Below, in pieces: positions 19,611-30,149 of a DNA stretch of 64,000 bases. The notes beneath the pieces were generated by a model. The model was not told the origin of the DNA. It saw only the letters and a program-made list of their open reading frames with translations, and ran no database searches. The position numbers and the translations under genes were made by a program. The stretch spans positions 256,001-320,000 of the forward strand of contig CAVVUN010000008.1 in the NCBI GenBank assembly GCA_963751455.1. The letters run 5' to 3'. Source of the DNA: Nitrospirota bacterium. Lineage in GTDB: Bacteria > Nitrospirota > UBA9217. How positions within the stretch are numbered: position 1 is the stretch's first letter; each line of letters opens with the position of its first letter.

Positions 19611-20354
19611 CTAGAACGAGATAGATTCGAATTCCGGCCGCAGCTGAATAAATTTGTTCTTGAGGATCTGGATTTCTCCGGCCTTCTGCCATTTGTCAAG
19701 TACGCGGGTAACGGTTTCCCGGGTGAGGCCCGTCATGTCGGCTATGTCCTGGTGGATCAGCTTGATTCCAAGAACGATTCCCTGAGGTGTCTCTTTCCCG
19801 TATGTTTCGGACAGCATAAGAAAGAGCATTTTTATCCTCTGCGCGGCATCGTTGAAATTAAGCATCTGGATCCGCTTCCATGAATCCCGAAGACGCGAAC
19901 TGAGGATATTAAGCAGGTTTTCAAGTACTTTTTTCTGGTTGAACAGAAGCGCAAAAAAGTCTTTCTTCGAAATGAGAGCCGTAACCGAATCGCGCGTTGC
20001 CTTGACGGTCGCGGGCGCCGTCTTCCCGTCGATCAGGGACAATTCTCCGAAGAAGTCCCCGGTCCTGTGGATGGTGACTATTATTCCCTTGCCTTCGCCG
20101 GTCACCTGGATCACCTTGGCCTCCCCATCGAGAATAATGTACATATAGTCGTTCGTATTTTCCTCGTGAAGTATCACTTCATTCTTCTTGAACTTCTTGA
20201 TCATCACCTTTTCCCTGACCTGGCGCAGTTCCTCCGGGCTTAGAGACGAAAAAAGCTCGGTTTGATTTATAGCTTGATCTTCCACTGTAATATTCACCAT
20301 ACGCCGTGAAGGCCGTTTCCTGCCGGTTTTGCCCGGTTTCCCGGGCTTCGACAT
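19611..20354 (-). CDS. Crp/Fnr family transcriptional regulator
   Basis: cNMP-binding barrel (GDFFGELSL) and HTH HQDIADMTGLTRETVTR; GAGGTG RBS before ATG 20354. Confidence 0.93.
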   Translation of the reverse strand: MSKPGKPGKTGRKRPSRRMVNITVEDQAINQTELFSSLSPEELRQVREKVMIKKFKKNEVILHEENTNDYMYIILDGEAKVIQVTGEGKGIIVTIHRTGDFFGELSLIDGKTAPATVKATRDSVTALISKKDFFALLFNQKKVLENLLNILSSRLRDSWKRIQMLNFNDAAQRIKMLFLMLSETYGKETPQGIVLGIKLIHQDIADMTGLTRETVTRVLDKWQKAGEIQILKNKFIQLRPEFESISF

Positions 20355-20452
20355 TATACGGTCACCTCGATTTGTTGCAATAACATTCTTATGTATTCCC
20401 TTATTTCTTTTCATATTAGTACTTTAATATCAAAAAATTAATAAATGAGCGA

Positions 20453-20495
20453 TGTGAGGATGGTCACATATTCCATCTTAGTTCATTTGTATTAT
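20453..20495 (+). promoter_or_regulatory. CRP box with class-II-spaced -10 element
   Basis: TGTGA-GGATGG-TCACA, then TATTAT 21 nt later. Confidence 0.8.
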
Positions 20496-20552
20496 AGACT
20501 ATCACAAAACAGCACCGCCGGTTCGCCGGTATTGCGCGAAGGAGGAAATAGT

Positions 20553-20960
20553 ATGAGGAGCAAGCGGTTTGGTTATGTTTTTGCGATAGTGTTTTTGCTT
20601 CTGATTTTAGGAGGGTGCGGCGGCGGATCGAGCGCCGTTCCGGGCGACCAGACATCCGCAGGCAGCGGCTACGGTGTTTTACCTGGCGGGAGCAGCGACT
20701 CGGAGGCAACCGGGATGGCAGCGCTTACCTGGGAAGCACCTACCACAAATGTCGATGGAACGGCCCTGACAAAGGTCGTCGGATACAGGATATATTACGG
20801 GTCGGCGCCCGGAGCATATAAAGGATACCTGGATGCCGGCAGCAGGCTTGACTTCTCGATCAGTGTCGCCCCCGGGACATACTATTTCGCTGTCAGTGCA
20901 TATAACAGCTCCGGCGGTGAGAGTATTCCTTCAAACGAAGTCAGCAAGACAGTATTATAA
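20553..20960 (+). CDS. lipoprotein with fibronectin type III-like domain
   Basis: Lipobox LGGC (Cys22), G/S linker, LTWEAP...GYRIYYG...GTYYFAVSAYN...ESIPSNEVSK. Confidence 0.88.
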   Translation: MRSKRFGYVFAIVFLLLILGGCGGGSSAVPGDQTSAGSGYGVLPGGSSDSEATGMAALTWEAPTTNVDGTALTKVVGYRIYYGSAPGAYKGYLDAGSRLDFSISVAPGTYYFAVSAYNSSGGESIPSNEVSKTVL

Positions 20961-21001
20961 TGATTGACAGGCTTTGACCCGCTGTTCGATAGCGCGGTCA
21001 T

Positions 21002-21036
21002 GGACGAATGAAATCTTCTCATTCGTCCTTTTTTTT
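21002..21036 (+). terminator. intrinsic terminator
   Basis: GGACGAATGA-loop-TCATTCGTCC followed by T8. Confidence 0.8.
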
Positions 21037-21074
21037 GCCTTTTTTCTCCATCAGATTAGCATAAACGTATTACC

Positions 21075-21252
21075 CCTAAAAACTGCAGTTGGACGCAGAT
21101 GAACGCAGATAACCGCAGATCAAACAAAAGAATTTTTAGAGAAAAAAATTCACCCGCTGGGTGGACTGCTTTTACGATACAGGAACGTTTTTTATCCGAC
21201 TTTATCTGCGTTTATCCGATTTTTCTGCGTCCCAAATGCTTTTTTTTACAGG
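21075..21252. mobile_element. CCT...AGG MITE (CGCAGAT subtype)
   Basis: Near-identical to 61594-61793 and to the reverse complement of 56933-57075; no clear target duplication. Confidence 0.85.
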
Positions 21253-21278
21253 TCTCTGGCAGCCACTCCGCTTCGACA

Positions 21279-22661
21279 TTATTGATGACTTGCGATGTGG
21301 TACAATCCATGCTTCTTCATGATGTCATAAAAAGTCGGGCGGCTGATGCCCAGGTCCTCTGCGGCTTGAGCGATATTTCCCTTATGCCGGTCCATCGCCC
21401 GCATGATCATATCCCGCTCTACCCGGTCTCTGGCATCCCGGAGTGTCCTGCTGTCGGGGACAAGCGAAACAGGTATTGACGGTTTCGATGAGAAACCAAG
21501 GTCATGCGGCTCGATGAGGGCGCTTTCCGAAAGAATGACTGCGCGTTGTATCTTGTTTTCAAGTTCACGCACGTTGCCCGGCCAGCCGTAGGACTCCATC
21601 ATTTCGAGCGCCGCTGCACTGAATCCTTTTATCCGTTTCTTGAATTCTTCGCCGAACTGCCGCAGGAATACGGTGGCCAGGAGTGCAATGTCTCCTTTCC
21701 TGTCCCGCAGAGGCGGAAGAGGGACTGTCACGACCCCGATACGGTAGTATAAATCTTCACGGAACCGGCCGCACTTGATCTCTTCAGTGATATTTTTGTT
21801 CGATGCCGCGATAATCCTGGCATCGACATTGATGTCACCCCTGCCGCCGAGCCTCTGGATCGTCTTCTCCTGAAGAAAACGGAGGAGCTTTACCTGGAGG
21901 GCGTGCGGCAGCTCACCGATCTCATCCAGAAATAGTGTGCCGCTATGCGCGAATTCGAACTTGCCCTGCACCTTGGCATGCGCCCCTGTGAACGCGCCTT
22001 TTTCGTGACCGAAAAGCTCCGACTCAAGCAGATTTTCCGGGATCGCACCGCAGTTGATCGGGATAAATTCTTTTTCCCGACGCTGACTGAGAGTGTGAAT
22101 GGCGCGGGCGACAAGCTCTTTTCCCGTTCCGCTTTCTCCCTGGATCAGCACTGCAGCTTCTGAAGCCGCCACCTTTCTTACCGTAGCAAATACTTCCAGC
22201 ATGGCCGGGCATTGTCCGATGATGCCGGTCAGTGCGCCGCTTTTTTTATTCAGCGTCGTTCGTAAACGGCGGTTTTCCTCCTCCAGCAGGTAAAGATGGA
22301 ACGCGCGCTTCACAATGACTTTTAACTCGGAAAGATCGATGGGTTTTTGGAGAAAATCATATGCCCCGTTCTGCACTGCACGCACGGCATTCGCCTTTTC
22401 CCCGCTGCCCGTCACAATGATAATCTTGGCAAACTGCTGAGTTGAAAGCATTTCTTGAAGACAGCGGAACCCCTCATCAGTTCCCTCTGCATGGGGAGGC
22501 AGACCCAGATCGAGCACTACGACTTTGGGCCGATGCTTCAGAAAAAGGGCGAGAGCTTCTTTCCCGTCACCGGAGGACAGCACGGTGTATTCTGTGCTGA
22601 AACCCCACTTCAACTGTTTCCGGATGTCTTCAGAATCGTCAACAATAAGCAGTTTTTCCAT
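21279..22661 (-). CDS. prsR: PEP-CTERM-box response regulator PrsR
   Basis: MEKLLIVDD...QLKW...LDLGLPP, GAFTGA, HTH; adjacent to prsK and an exosortase. Confidence 0.88.
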   Translation of the reverse strand: MEKLLIVDDSEDIRKQLKWGFSTEYTVLSSGDGKEALALFLKHRPKVVVLDLGLPPHAEGTDEGFRCLQEMLSTQQFAKIIIVTGSGEKANAVRAVQNGAYDFLQKPIDLSELKVIVKRAFHLYLLEEENRRLRTTLNKKSGALTGIIGQCPAMLEVFATVRKVAASEAAVLIQGESGTGKELVARAIHTLSQRREKEFIPINCGAIPENLLESELFGHEKGAFTGAHAKVQGKFEFAHSGTLFLDEIGELPHALQVKLLRFLQEKTIQRLGGRGDINVDARIIAASNKNITEEIKCGRFREDLYYRIGVVTVPLPPLRDRKGDIALLATVFLRQFGEEFKKRIKGFSAAALEMMESYGWPGNVRELENKIQRAVILSESALIEPHDLGFSSKPSIPVSLVPDSRTLRDARDRVERDMIMRAMDRHKGNIAQAAEDLGISRPTFYDIMKKHGLYHIASHQ

Positions 22662-22821
22662 TGCATGGTACTCCTTTTTCTTTAGTGCCGAAAAACTTAG
22701 TAGTGCGCGTGAAAGCGGGCTGCACGCAGGGACGGCACGGACCATCTGACCAAGAGGCAAAGCTTCCCTATACGATACATAACCAAGTGTCAGTTTTTGC
22801 TTTTCGTCGACGCTTGGGCCG

Positions 22822-24934
22822 CTAAATTTTGATTTGCTGCGGCCGAGGCAACGATGCAGAATAAGCGCTGTCCAGCGCATACCGCAGTGTGCGGTCAGCG
22901 GCCGGAAGGCGGACGGTAAAACTGGAGCCCTTCCCACTCTCGCTCGACACTTCGATTGTGCCGCCAAGCGACTCGACGATCTTCTTGCATTGGTAGAGGC
23001 CGATACCCAGCCCTGTCTTTTTGGTGGTTCGGAACGGCTTGAAAAGCTGGTGCTGCATGAAGGCTCTGGTCATTCCGGACCCGCTGTCGGTAATCGTCAG
23101 GCACACACTGCCGTTTTGCCAGCCGGTTTCTATCGTGACCTGTGCCCGTTCTCCGCCCGCCTCAAGCCCGTTTTGAACGAGATTGATGATCACCTTCTTT
23201 AGTTCACCTGTGTCGATAAGGGCAGGCGCCGGTTCTCCGCGGCAGACGATATCCGCATCAGGCCTTGCCTTCCTCATCTCCTCTACGACCTCCGAGGACA
23301 AATCACGGATGTCGTGTCGTTCCATGCGCGACGCTCCGCCTTGGTCAACCACCTTCAGCTTTTGCGTCAGTTGTTTCATATTCTTCGAGCGCATTGCGGA
23401 TCGCTGTTATCATATCGCGCTGAAATTGCATATTTCCTATGTGTTCTTCGGCATTGTGCGTCATCAGCGCGAGGGTATAGGCAAGATTCTTCAAATCGTG
23501 GACAACAAAGGACGATAGACGGGCAGTGGCGGCAAGTTCCCGGGTTTCTATCAATTCCTCGGAAAGACGAAGATTATTGAGCAGCAGAGCGGCTTGCCGG
23601 GCCACGATCTTCATCAGGTCATAGTCCTCGTAAGTGAACGGCTCCTCCCCTATCGGCTCTCCGAAGACAACCACGCCTTCGGTCTTCCGGTTGCAAACCA
23701 GCGGAACGACCAGCCGCGCACGCGAAGTGCTGATAAACGAGATCTCTTCGTCATCGGGTTCGTATTCACCGTCAAACGGGTTCCATACGCGGTTCCGGTC
23801 GCAGAAATACGACTGCAGAGCCTCTGAGGGAATAAACCCGGTATCGGGACCGGCAACCTGATGCTGTCCCGCCGGCAGATACCTGCCGCTCGTTCGATTG
23901 AACAGGTACAGGAATGCGCTGCGAAGACCGAAGATTTCGCGGTAGGCTGCCGGGATTGCTTTTTCCATGTCGCAGACCGTCATGCAGGAGGCCAGCCGGC
24001 TGCTCAAATCGAGCCAGGTGTGGCGATAGTCGTGCTTGTGCTCGAAAAAATGCTTGCTCAGGAAGACCATCAGCGACCGCCGGAGCGTCTCCGAGAGGAT
24101 TGCGATTAAAAGGGCGATGCCGCCCGCAAAAGACAGGAAAATGGTCAGGTACCTGCCGAAGGACACATCGAAATACCGGATGCCTTCTCCGATAGTGCCC
24201 AATAGAACGAAGTAGATTCCGGCACCGAGCAGTGTAAGCGAACGGTACATCATATACCGGGAGACGGTAACGTTGATGCCGCTGCCGCGAACCAGTTTTG
24301 AGAACAAGATGAGGCACGATGCAATGATGAAAAAACCGGCCCTGACCGGCTGCAGTTGGGCAATTGTTGCGGGGTACAGCATCGCCTGGCTGAAAGTGAA
24401 GATCAGCACCGTCAGGATGCTGCCCGCTCCTATTACTTCGTACTTGATCTTGTCTCGGTCGGCCGCAGCGGTGGAAACGAATGTCGCCTCGAGGTTCATC
24501 AGGGCAACGATGAAGAAGACCTGAGCGGCCAGAGAGTACAGGGACCCGCCCCCGCCGGGGAAAAGCGCCACTGCGGCGCCGGGGTGGTTCAAAAGATCGA
24601 TCAGGGGAAAAACGATAGCCACGGCAGGCAGGAGAACAACGGCCGAGAGAAGGACGACTCCGCGCCGGGAAAAAACCGAGACCGATTCGCTTCGCGCAAA
24701 GGTTAAGCTGTACCACAGCAGGCACGCGGGCAGAAAAGCTGCAAAAACAATCCCAAGCGCTTTGTACTGGGAATAAGAGCCTCCGCCGTATTGTTCCGCA
24801 GCCTCGATTGCGGCGAGGCAAAGAGCGCTCAGCGCAAGGGCAATATCGGATGAGCTTTTCCGCTTTCCTATGCTGAGCGCGAAGACACAAAGAAGTGAGA
24901 AAATCGCGAGCGTTGAGAGGATTATTGGGTTCAT
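22822..24934 (-). pseudogene. prsK: PEP-CTERM system histidine kinase PrsK, split by a frameshift near 23390
   Basis: Multi-TM N-terminus, KHFFEHKHDYR, GAF, SSFVVHDLKN in one frame; HATPase (LFKPFRTTK, GLGIGL) in the other. Confidence 0.85.
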
Positions 24935-24937
24935 GGT

Positions 24938-26251
24938 CTAGGCCTTTATCAGGGTGCAGTGCCCGTTTTTATGTGAGCCGTTGGTCGCATTCCGTGTATC
25001 GACGACGAGAGGCGCGTGATTAAGGATAAAATCATAGTCATAGCAGGAGTGGTCAGTAGCTACGACAACGCAATCGTAGGTCTTCAGCGCCTTTTCCGTC
25101 AACGCCACGGAACTTTTTTTGAAGTCGTACATCCGCATCTTCCTGGTTTTCGGGATATACGGATCGTTAAAATCCACCTGTGCGCCTTTTTCGGCGAGGA
25201 GGTCCATGATCTTGAGAGAAGGCGATTCCCGCGTGTCGTCAATGTCCTTCTTATAGGCCAGGCCGAGAATAAGAATTTTGGAAGCCCGTATCGGCTTGTT
25301 CTTCGTATTAAGAGCGCCGATTATTTTGTCGACGACATAATATGGCATATGGGTGTTGATCTCGCCGGCGAGTTCGATGAATTTCGTGTGAAAATCGTAT
25401 TCGCGGGCCTTCCAGGTCAGGTAGAAAGGATCGATGGGAATGCAATGACCTCCCAGGCCAGGCCCGGGATAAAAGGCCTGAAAGCCGAACGGCTTTGTCT
25501 TGGCAGCCTCTATTACTTCATAAATATCGATGCCCATCCTGTCGAACAACATCTTCAGTTCGTTGACCATTGCTATGTTTACCGCCCGGTAAATATTCTC
25601 GAGCAGCTTGGCCGCCTCGGCCACCTTCGTCGAGGAAACCGGAACGGTCTTGTTGACAACCGAGCTATAGAGCGCATCCGCCAGCTTAAGGCAATTCTTT
25701 GTATATCCTCCCACGATCTTCGGTATTGTGCTCGTGGAATAGTGTTTGTTGTTCGGGTCCTCCCGCTCCGGTGAAAAAGCAAGATAGAAATCCTGACCGG
25801 CCTTGAGACCGTTCTTTTCGAGAATCGCTTTCATGTCCCCGTCGGTGGTACCCGGGTAAGTCGTCGACTCCAGCACCACGAGATGGCCTTTTTTGAGATA
25901 CTTTGCAACCGTCTCGGTCGTATTGAGCACATACGAGAGGTCGGGCTCGCGGTGTTCATTGAGCGGGGTAGGAACGCAGATGATGATGCAGTCCGTCTCT
26001 CGCAGCTGTGAAAAATTGGTGGTTGCTTTGAAGCTGGTATTGTTTTTGAGGAGATTCACTTCCTCAGGAAGTATATGCTTGATATAGGTTTTGCCCTCCT
26101 GCAGGCATTTTATCTTTTCGGGATCTATGTCGAAGCCGATTGCCTCAAATCCCGCTTTTACGAACTGGATGATGAGGGGAAGTCCTACATAACCGAGTCC
26201 GATGATTCCTACCGTTGCACTTCGTTTTTGAATTTTGTCCAGAAGCGTCAT
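24938..26251 (-). CDS. UDP-N-acetylhexosamine 6-dehydrogenase (WbpA/TviB-like)
   Basis: GLGYVG, CVPTP, ESTTYPGTT, SPEREDP, GGHCIPID. Confidence 0.93.
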   Translation of the reverse strand: MTLLDKIQKRSATVGIIGLGYVGLPLIIQFVKAGFEAIGFDIDPEKIKCLQEGKTYIKHILPEEVNLLKNNTSFKATTNFSQLRETDCIIICVPTPLNEHREPDLSYVLNTTETVAKYLKKGHLVVLESTTYPGTTDGDMKAILEKNGLKAGQDFYLAFSPEREDPNNKHYSTSTIPKIVGGYTKNCLKLADALYSSVVNKTVPVSSTKVAEAAKLLENIYRAVNIAMVNELKMLFDRMGIDIYEVIEAAKTKPFGFQAFYPGPGLGGHCIPIDPFYLTWKAREYDFHTKFIELAGEINTHMPYYVVDKIIGALNTKNKPIRASKILILGLAYKKDIDDTRESPSLKIMDLLAEKGAQVDFNDPYIPKTRKMRMYDFKKSSVALTEKALKTYDCVVVATDHSCYDYDFILNHAPLVVDTRNATNGSHKNGHCTLIKA

Positions 26252-26290
26252 AGTTGTCTCCTTTGCGTCAATGTGTTAAATATGTTAAGC

Positions 26291-26348
26291 AGTTGAGTTG
26301 TTGAGTTATCCGGTTTCTCAACTACTCATCCGCTGAACGACTCAACGG
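26291..26348. repeat. 8-bp-period inverted arms
   Basis: AGTTGAGT TGTTGAGT TATCCGGT / CTCAACTA CTCATCCG CTGAACGA CTCAACGG. Confidence 0.6.
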
Positions 26349-26358
26349 ATTCCGGAAC

Positions 26359-26787
26359 CTATTTACTGACCTCGTTCGAAAAAAAACTCTCTACTCCCGA
26401 CGCATCGTATGCCTTTACTGCGAAATAATGGGTTCCCGTATCGAGACCATGAACCGTATATGAGCATTCAGTTCGGCCGGGGCCTCCTTCCTGAGCATCG
26501 CTTTTCCTGCACGATAAATCGGGACTATCAAGCGGAATCTTTATGACCCGGTCATGCTTTTGGGGCGAGTTCCCATAATAAATCTTGTATCCTGCCAGGC
26601 CGGCTTTTCCGGTTCTATTCCTGGCGGGCTCGTTCCAGGTCAATACAACACTGCCTCGGCCTGCAGGGGGCGCATTACTTCTGCACCCGATCACTGCCGC
26701 GAGCAGGAGTACCATGCTGAAGCAGGTAATCCTGAAGAAAAATGAGATAAGCGTAATCTTTGTTTTATTTTCGTTCAAGAAATGCAT
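26359..26787 (-). CDS. FN3-like lipoprotein, related to 20553-20960
   Basis: VIGC lipobox-like motif, LTWNEP...GYKIYYG...HYFAVKAYD...ESFFSNEVSK; start uncertain. Confidence 0.82.
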   Translation of the reverse strand: MHFLNENKTKITLISFFFRITCFSMVLLLAAVIGCRSNAPPAGRGSVVLTWNEPARNRTGKAGLAGYKIYYGNSPQKHDRVIKIPLDSPDLSCRKSDAQEGGPGRTECSYTVHGLDTGTHYFAVKAYDASGVESFFSNEVSK

Positions 26788-26837
26788 GAGATATTCCTTT
26801 TTAGTGACAAGTCCCTCTTCTGCTTGTCCGGTTCAGG

Positions 26838-27764
26838 TCATTTCCGCCTGAACCAGCCGTCAAGACGCTGGTCCTGACCGGATCTTTTTTCAAATTTTCT
26901 GAGGAGCACAATAAGGCCGCCCACAATAAACAGGGAGAGCATGAAAAAAAGAATTCCCATTCGGCTATGCAATGTGCTTTCCGTGAGCATCCTGCTGTCG
27001 ACATAGACGCCCAGTATGGAAAGGACGAATATCCTGAGGCCGTTTTTCACTATCGTGATCGGAACTGCCGCAATCACGAGAACTGCCCTTGACCATCCGG
27101 AACGCAGAAAAAAGCTGCCTGCAAACAGGGCCGTAATTACCAGGGAGAGGCCTGCGCGGACTCCGCTGCATTCCTTAGCAACTTCTATATCGAGCGTCGG
27201 CAGGTGAAAGACAAAGCCTTCCCTTCCGAATGGGGTGCCGGCTGCAATAAAGAACACGTGAACGGCTGCGGAGGACCACTGCCGGAGAAAAAGGATACAG
27301 TGCTCGAGCAGCGAATCCGGCAGGGGGACTGCCAGGAACAGGAACAACACGGGAAACGCTGCTTCCCGGAGCGAATCCACGCCGTACAGGACCGTAAATC
27401 CCGAAATCCAGAGCACAACAAGTGAAAGAGCCATGAGAGATTGATAATTGCTCCGGTTGAACAGGATGTGCGCCTGATCGGCGGCGATGAAGAACACCGC
27501 AGCGGCGCCTGCAAGTAAGATCGCGGCCTGCCGGGAAGAAGGGGGGCAAGAAAAAATCTTTTTTCTGTTCATGAAAAGAAGATACGCCGTAATGATCGGG
27601 ACAAGCGGAACATACGAGAAGTACGGGCTCTTCCAGCACGTCTGCATCAACTCCCGGAGCTGCGGAAAGAAAAAAACTGCGAAGGCCGCATTCCAGAGGA
27701 GAAAAAGCAGGTTCCGGTGGAGCACTCCCTTGAGAAGCGGATAGCTCGTTTGCTGTTTGTTCAT
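26838..27764 (-). CDS. exosortase (EpsH/Xrt family)
   Basis: About 8 TM helices; catalytic Cys (VAKECSG), Arg (NGLRI) and His (LHSRMG). Confidence 0.9.
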   Translation of the reverse strand: MNKQQTSYPLLKGVLHRNLLFLLWNAAFAVFFFPQLRELMQTCWKSPYFSYVPLVPIITAYLLFMNRKKIFSCPPSSRQAAILLAGAAAVFFIAADQAHILFNRSNYQSLMALSLVVLWISGFTVLYGVDSLREAAFPVLFLFLAVPLPDSLLEHCILFLRQWSSAAVHVFFIAAGTPFGREGFVFHLPTLDIEVAKECSGVRAGLSLVITALFAGSFFLRSGWSRAVLVIAAVPITIVKNGLRIFVLSILGVYVDSRMLTESTLHSRMGILFFMLSLFIVGGLIVLLRKFEKRSGQDQRLDGWFRRK

Positions 27765-27793
27765 GACTGCTGAACCCGGCTGTTGAAGAGTAT

Positions 27794-28214
27794 CCTGAAA
27801 AAAACATTTAGGACACGGATAAAATCCGATTAACGCGGATTTATAAAGACATTAAACCTTTATAATCCTAAAAACGGCATTTGGACACGGATGAACACGG
27901 AAATAACGGATAAAAACAGTGCGCTAGAACAAAATAACATCTCGCCCTTTTGGAGAATTATGAAAGAGTTGTATATCTTTGTAAATACGTGTTAATCAGA
28001 TTTTATCCGTGTCCAAAAGCTCTTTTCAGGATAATTCACCCAAAGGGCGAAATGTTACTTTATCTATCGCGCTGTTTTTAATCCGTAGGCGCCTGCACCC
28101 ACCGATTACGAGCCTGCGGCCAGCGATTATGCGTGCGAAGCGCAAATGCAGGCTGTGAGCATGCGCGAGTGCAGGGCGTTCCGTGTTCATCCGTGTCCAG
28201 TTTCTCTTTTTAGG
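27794..28214. mobile_element. older CCT-family MITE in reverse orientation with two nested insertions
   Basis: CCTGAAAAAAACATTTAGGACACGGAT...ATCCGTGTCCAGTTTCTCTTTTTAGG; interrupted at 27867-28030 and ~28087-28178. Confidence 0.8.
27867..28030. mobile_element. 164-bp CCT-family MITE
   Basis: Identical to 856-1019; flanked by ATAAT duplication. Confidence 0.92.
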
Positions 28215-29938
28215 TCATGAATAGTGCCGCTCTCAGGAGAGGAAGCCATTAACGTGCTGCGTTCTCTCGTTACGAAAGCATTGACGGTGACGCCATTTTG
28301 AGCTGAGGAAGGAACAGCCGAAGCTACAGGTCTACCGATGTCTCCGCTGTTGATGTTTTTTTCGTGGTCGTCCTTCAGTGTCTTTTTGTCGGTCTTGCCG
28401 TTCGCCGATTTCGGGAGTCGGTCGACAAATATAACGTGTTTCGGAACCATGAACGATTGAAGGCGGTCTGCACAGTGCTTCAATACTTCCCGGATTTGAG
28501 GCCGGACCTCGCCGGGGCATACCACGCATGCCACAACCGCCTGACCCAGTATTTCATCCGGCACACCGAAGACAGCCGCTTCCAGTATCCCCTCCATGGC
28601 ACACAGCACGTTTTCAACTTCCCGGGGGCTTACCCGCTCACCCCTGGTCTTTATCATATCGTCCTTCCTGCCGACAAAGTAAAGAAATCCTGCCTCGTCT
28701 TTCCTGAACAGGTCACCCGTGTAGAGCAGGCGCTCGCCGGGCAGGCGGCCGGGACGAAAGGTCTTTGCTGTCAGCTCCGGCGCGTTCCAGTAGCCGCGCA
28801 TGACATGCGAGCCCCTGATGACCAGCTCGCCGACCTCGCCTGGCAACGCCTCGTCCCCGGACTCGTTTACGATAAAGACCTCGGTATTGGGTATAGCCTT
28901 TCCAACCGACGCCGGCCTCCGGGAAAGCTCTTCGGGCGGAAGATAGGAGACACGCTTGCACTCTGTCAGCCCGTACATAGAAAAAAGCCGTGCTTTCGGC
29001 AGGAGCACAGCAAGCTTCCGTATATATTCTACAGGCAGGGCCGCCGCCGTATTGGTCACGTAGCGAAGCGAGCTGAGATCATACCGATCAAGGTTTTTCA
29101 TTTTCAGAAGCAGAAACGCCGCGATGGTCGGAACCAGCGGGAACCCGGTGGCGCGCTCCCGTTCAATGCGTTCGAGAATTTTAACGGGATAGAGGAAGGC
29201 CTTTTCGAGAACAACCGTTCCCCCGAACATCACGGCCATGATTACCTGGTACAGGCCGTAATCGAATGAAAGCGGAAGCACACTTACGATAATGTCGTCG
29301 GGCGTATTCCCGATATACTGAATAATGCTTCGCGCTGCGGAGATAACGTTGTGGTGCGTGGACATGACTCCTTTGGGCTCCCCGGTTGAACCAGAGGTGT
29401 AGATGAGTGCCGCAAGGTCCTGATCAATGCACGCTGCCGTATGCACTGCCGGCGGGTCGGCAGTCAGTTTATCCTCCCGCAGTACTTCGGCCCAGGATAA
29501 CCGGGGACCCGGAAGCGTCTGCGGCACGTACTCGCTATCGCCCACCCATAGTGTAGTGCATTCCCGGCCGAGTCCGGCAAGGGCCTCCTTCACCACATCG
29601 GCCTTACCGGTATCGGTTATAAGAACGGTGGCTCCAGAGTCCCGGACGATATAGCCCAGCTTGCCGGCTTTCATGGTACTGTCAAGGATCACAAAGACCG
29701 CGCCTGCCTTCAGAACGCCGTACATTGAGATCACTGCTTCGATCGAATTATCCAGGAAAATGATTACGCGGTCACCCCGTTTCAATCCGAGAGACAACAA
29801 AGCATCGGAGAGGCGGGCTGAAGAGTATTCCAGCGCCCGGTAGCTCAGGCGTCCTTCGCCGCAAATGACGGCGTTCTTGTCCGGGAACTCAGCGGCCGTA
29901 CGGGACAAATATTCATGCACTAAGACGGGGCTGAACAT
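28187..29938 (-). CDS. class I adenylate-forming enzyme (acyl-CoA/ACP ligase type)
   Basis: YTSGSTGEPKG, LSFDYG, MYGLTE, TGD, GRKDDMIK, PKSANGK. Confidence 0.92.
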   Translation of the reverse strand: MFSPVLVHEYLSRTAAEFPDKNAVICGEGRLSYRALEYSSARLSDALLSLGLKRGDRVIIFLDNSIEAVISMYGVLKAGAVFVILDSTMKAGKLGYIVRDSGATVLITDTGKADVVKEALAGLGRECTTLWVGDSEYVPQTLPGPRLSWAEVLREDKLTADPPAVHTAACIDQDLAALIYTSGSTGEPKGVMSTHHNVISAARSIIQYIGNTPDDIIVSVLPLSFDYGLYQVIMAVMFGGTVVLEKAFLYPVKILERIERERATGFPLVPTIAAFLLLKMKNLDRYDLSSLRYVTNTAAALPVEYIRKLAVLLPKARLFSMYGLTECKRVSYLPPEELSRRPASVGKAIPNTEVFIVNESGDEALPGEVGELVIRGSHVMRGYWNAPELTAKTFRPGRLPGERLLYTGDLFRKDEAGFLYFVGRKDDMIKTRGERVSPREVENVLCAMEGILEAAVFGVPDEILGQAVVACVVCPGEVRPQIREVLKHCADRLQSFMVPKHVIFVDRLPKSANGKTDKKTLKDDHEKNINSGDIGRPVASAVPSSAQNGVTVNAFVTRERSTLMASSPESGTIHDLKRETGHG

Positions 29939-29989
29939 GCGGTCACCTCCTGAGGACGGCCAAATTAAAAACGGCAACGTGCAAAAAAT

Positions 29990-30116
29990 GTAGATATCCG
30001 GAAAAAAGGATCCATCCGCAGATTTCGCAGACGGACGCAGATTTTAAAATCATTTCTGGTTTACATAATCTGTGGCATCTGCGTAATCTGCGGATAAATA
30101 ATGACTGAGTAGTTAC
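29990..30116. mobile_element. degenerate MITE ending CTGAGTAGTTAC with CGCAGAT arms
   Basis: Right end matches 56869-56880; internal ATCCGCAGATTTCGCAGA...TCTGCGTAATCTGCGGAT. Confidence 0.65.
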
Positions 30117-30149
30117 ATTGCTTTAACGATAAAATGAAATTCTTTTTAT

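Noticed and set aside
21099-21479. Repeated small ORFs beginning MNADNRR / MNTDEH / MDADER (also 30164, 56988, 61608)
   Set aside because: They are translations of the MITE arms, with no RBS and inconsistent lengths.
22662-22967. Extended N-termini in the ORF track (prsR, 3551, 4548, 11526, 20445, 37448, 55312)
   Set aside because: Downstream ATGs fit family N-termini and, in most cases, an RBS better.
23772-24890. Long alternative-frame or antisense ORFs (also 13361-14176, 25016-25774, 28364-29269, 31692-32444, 51261-52052, 62555-63313)
   Set aside because: They overlap well-supported genes and show no recognisable motifs.
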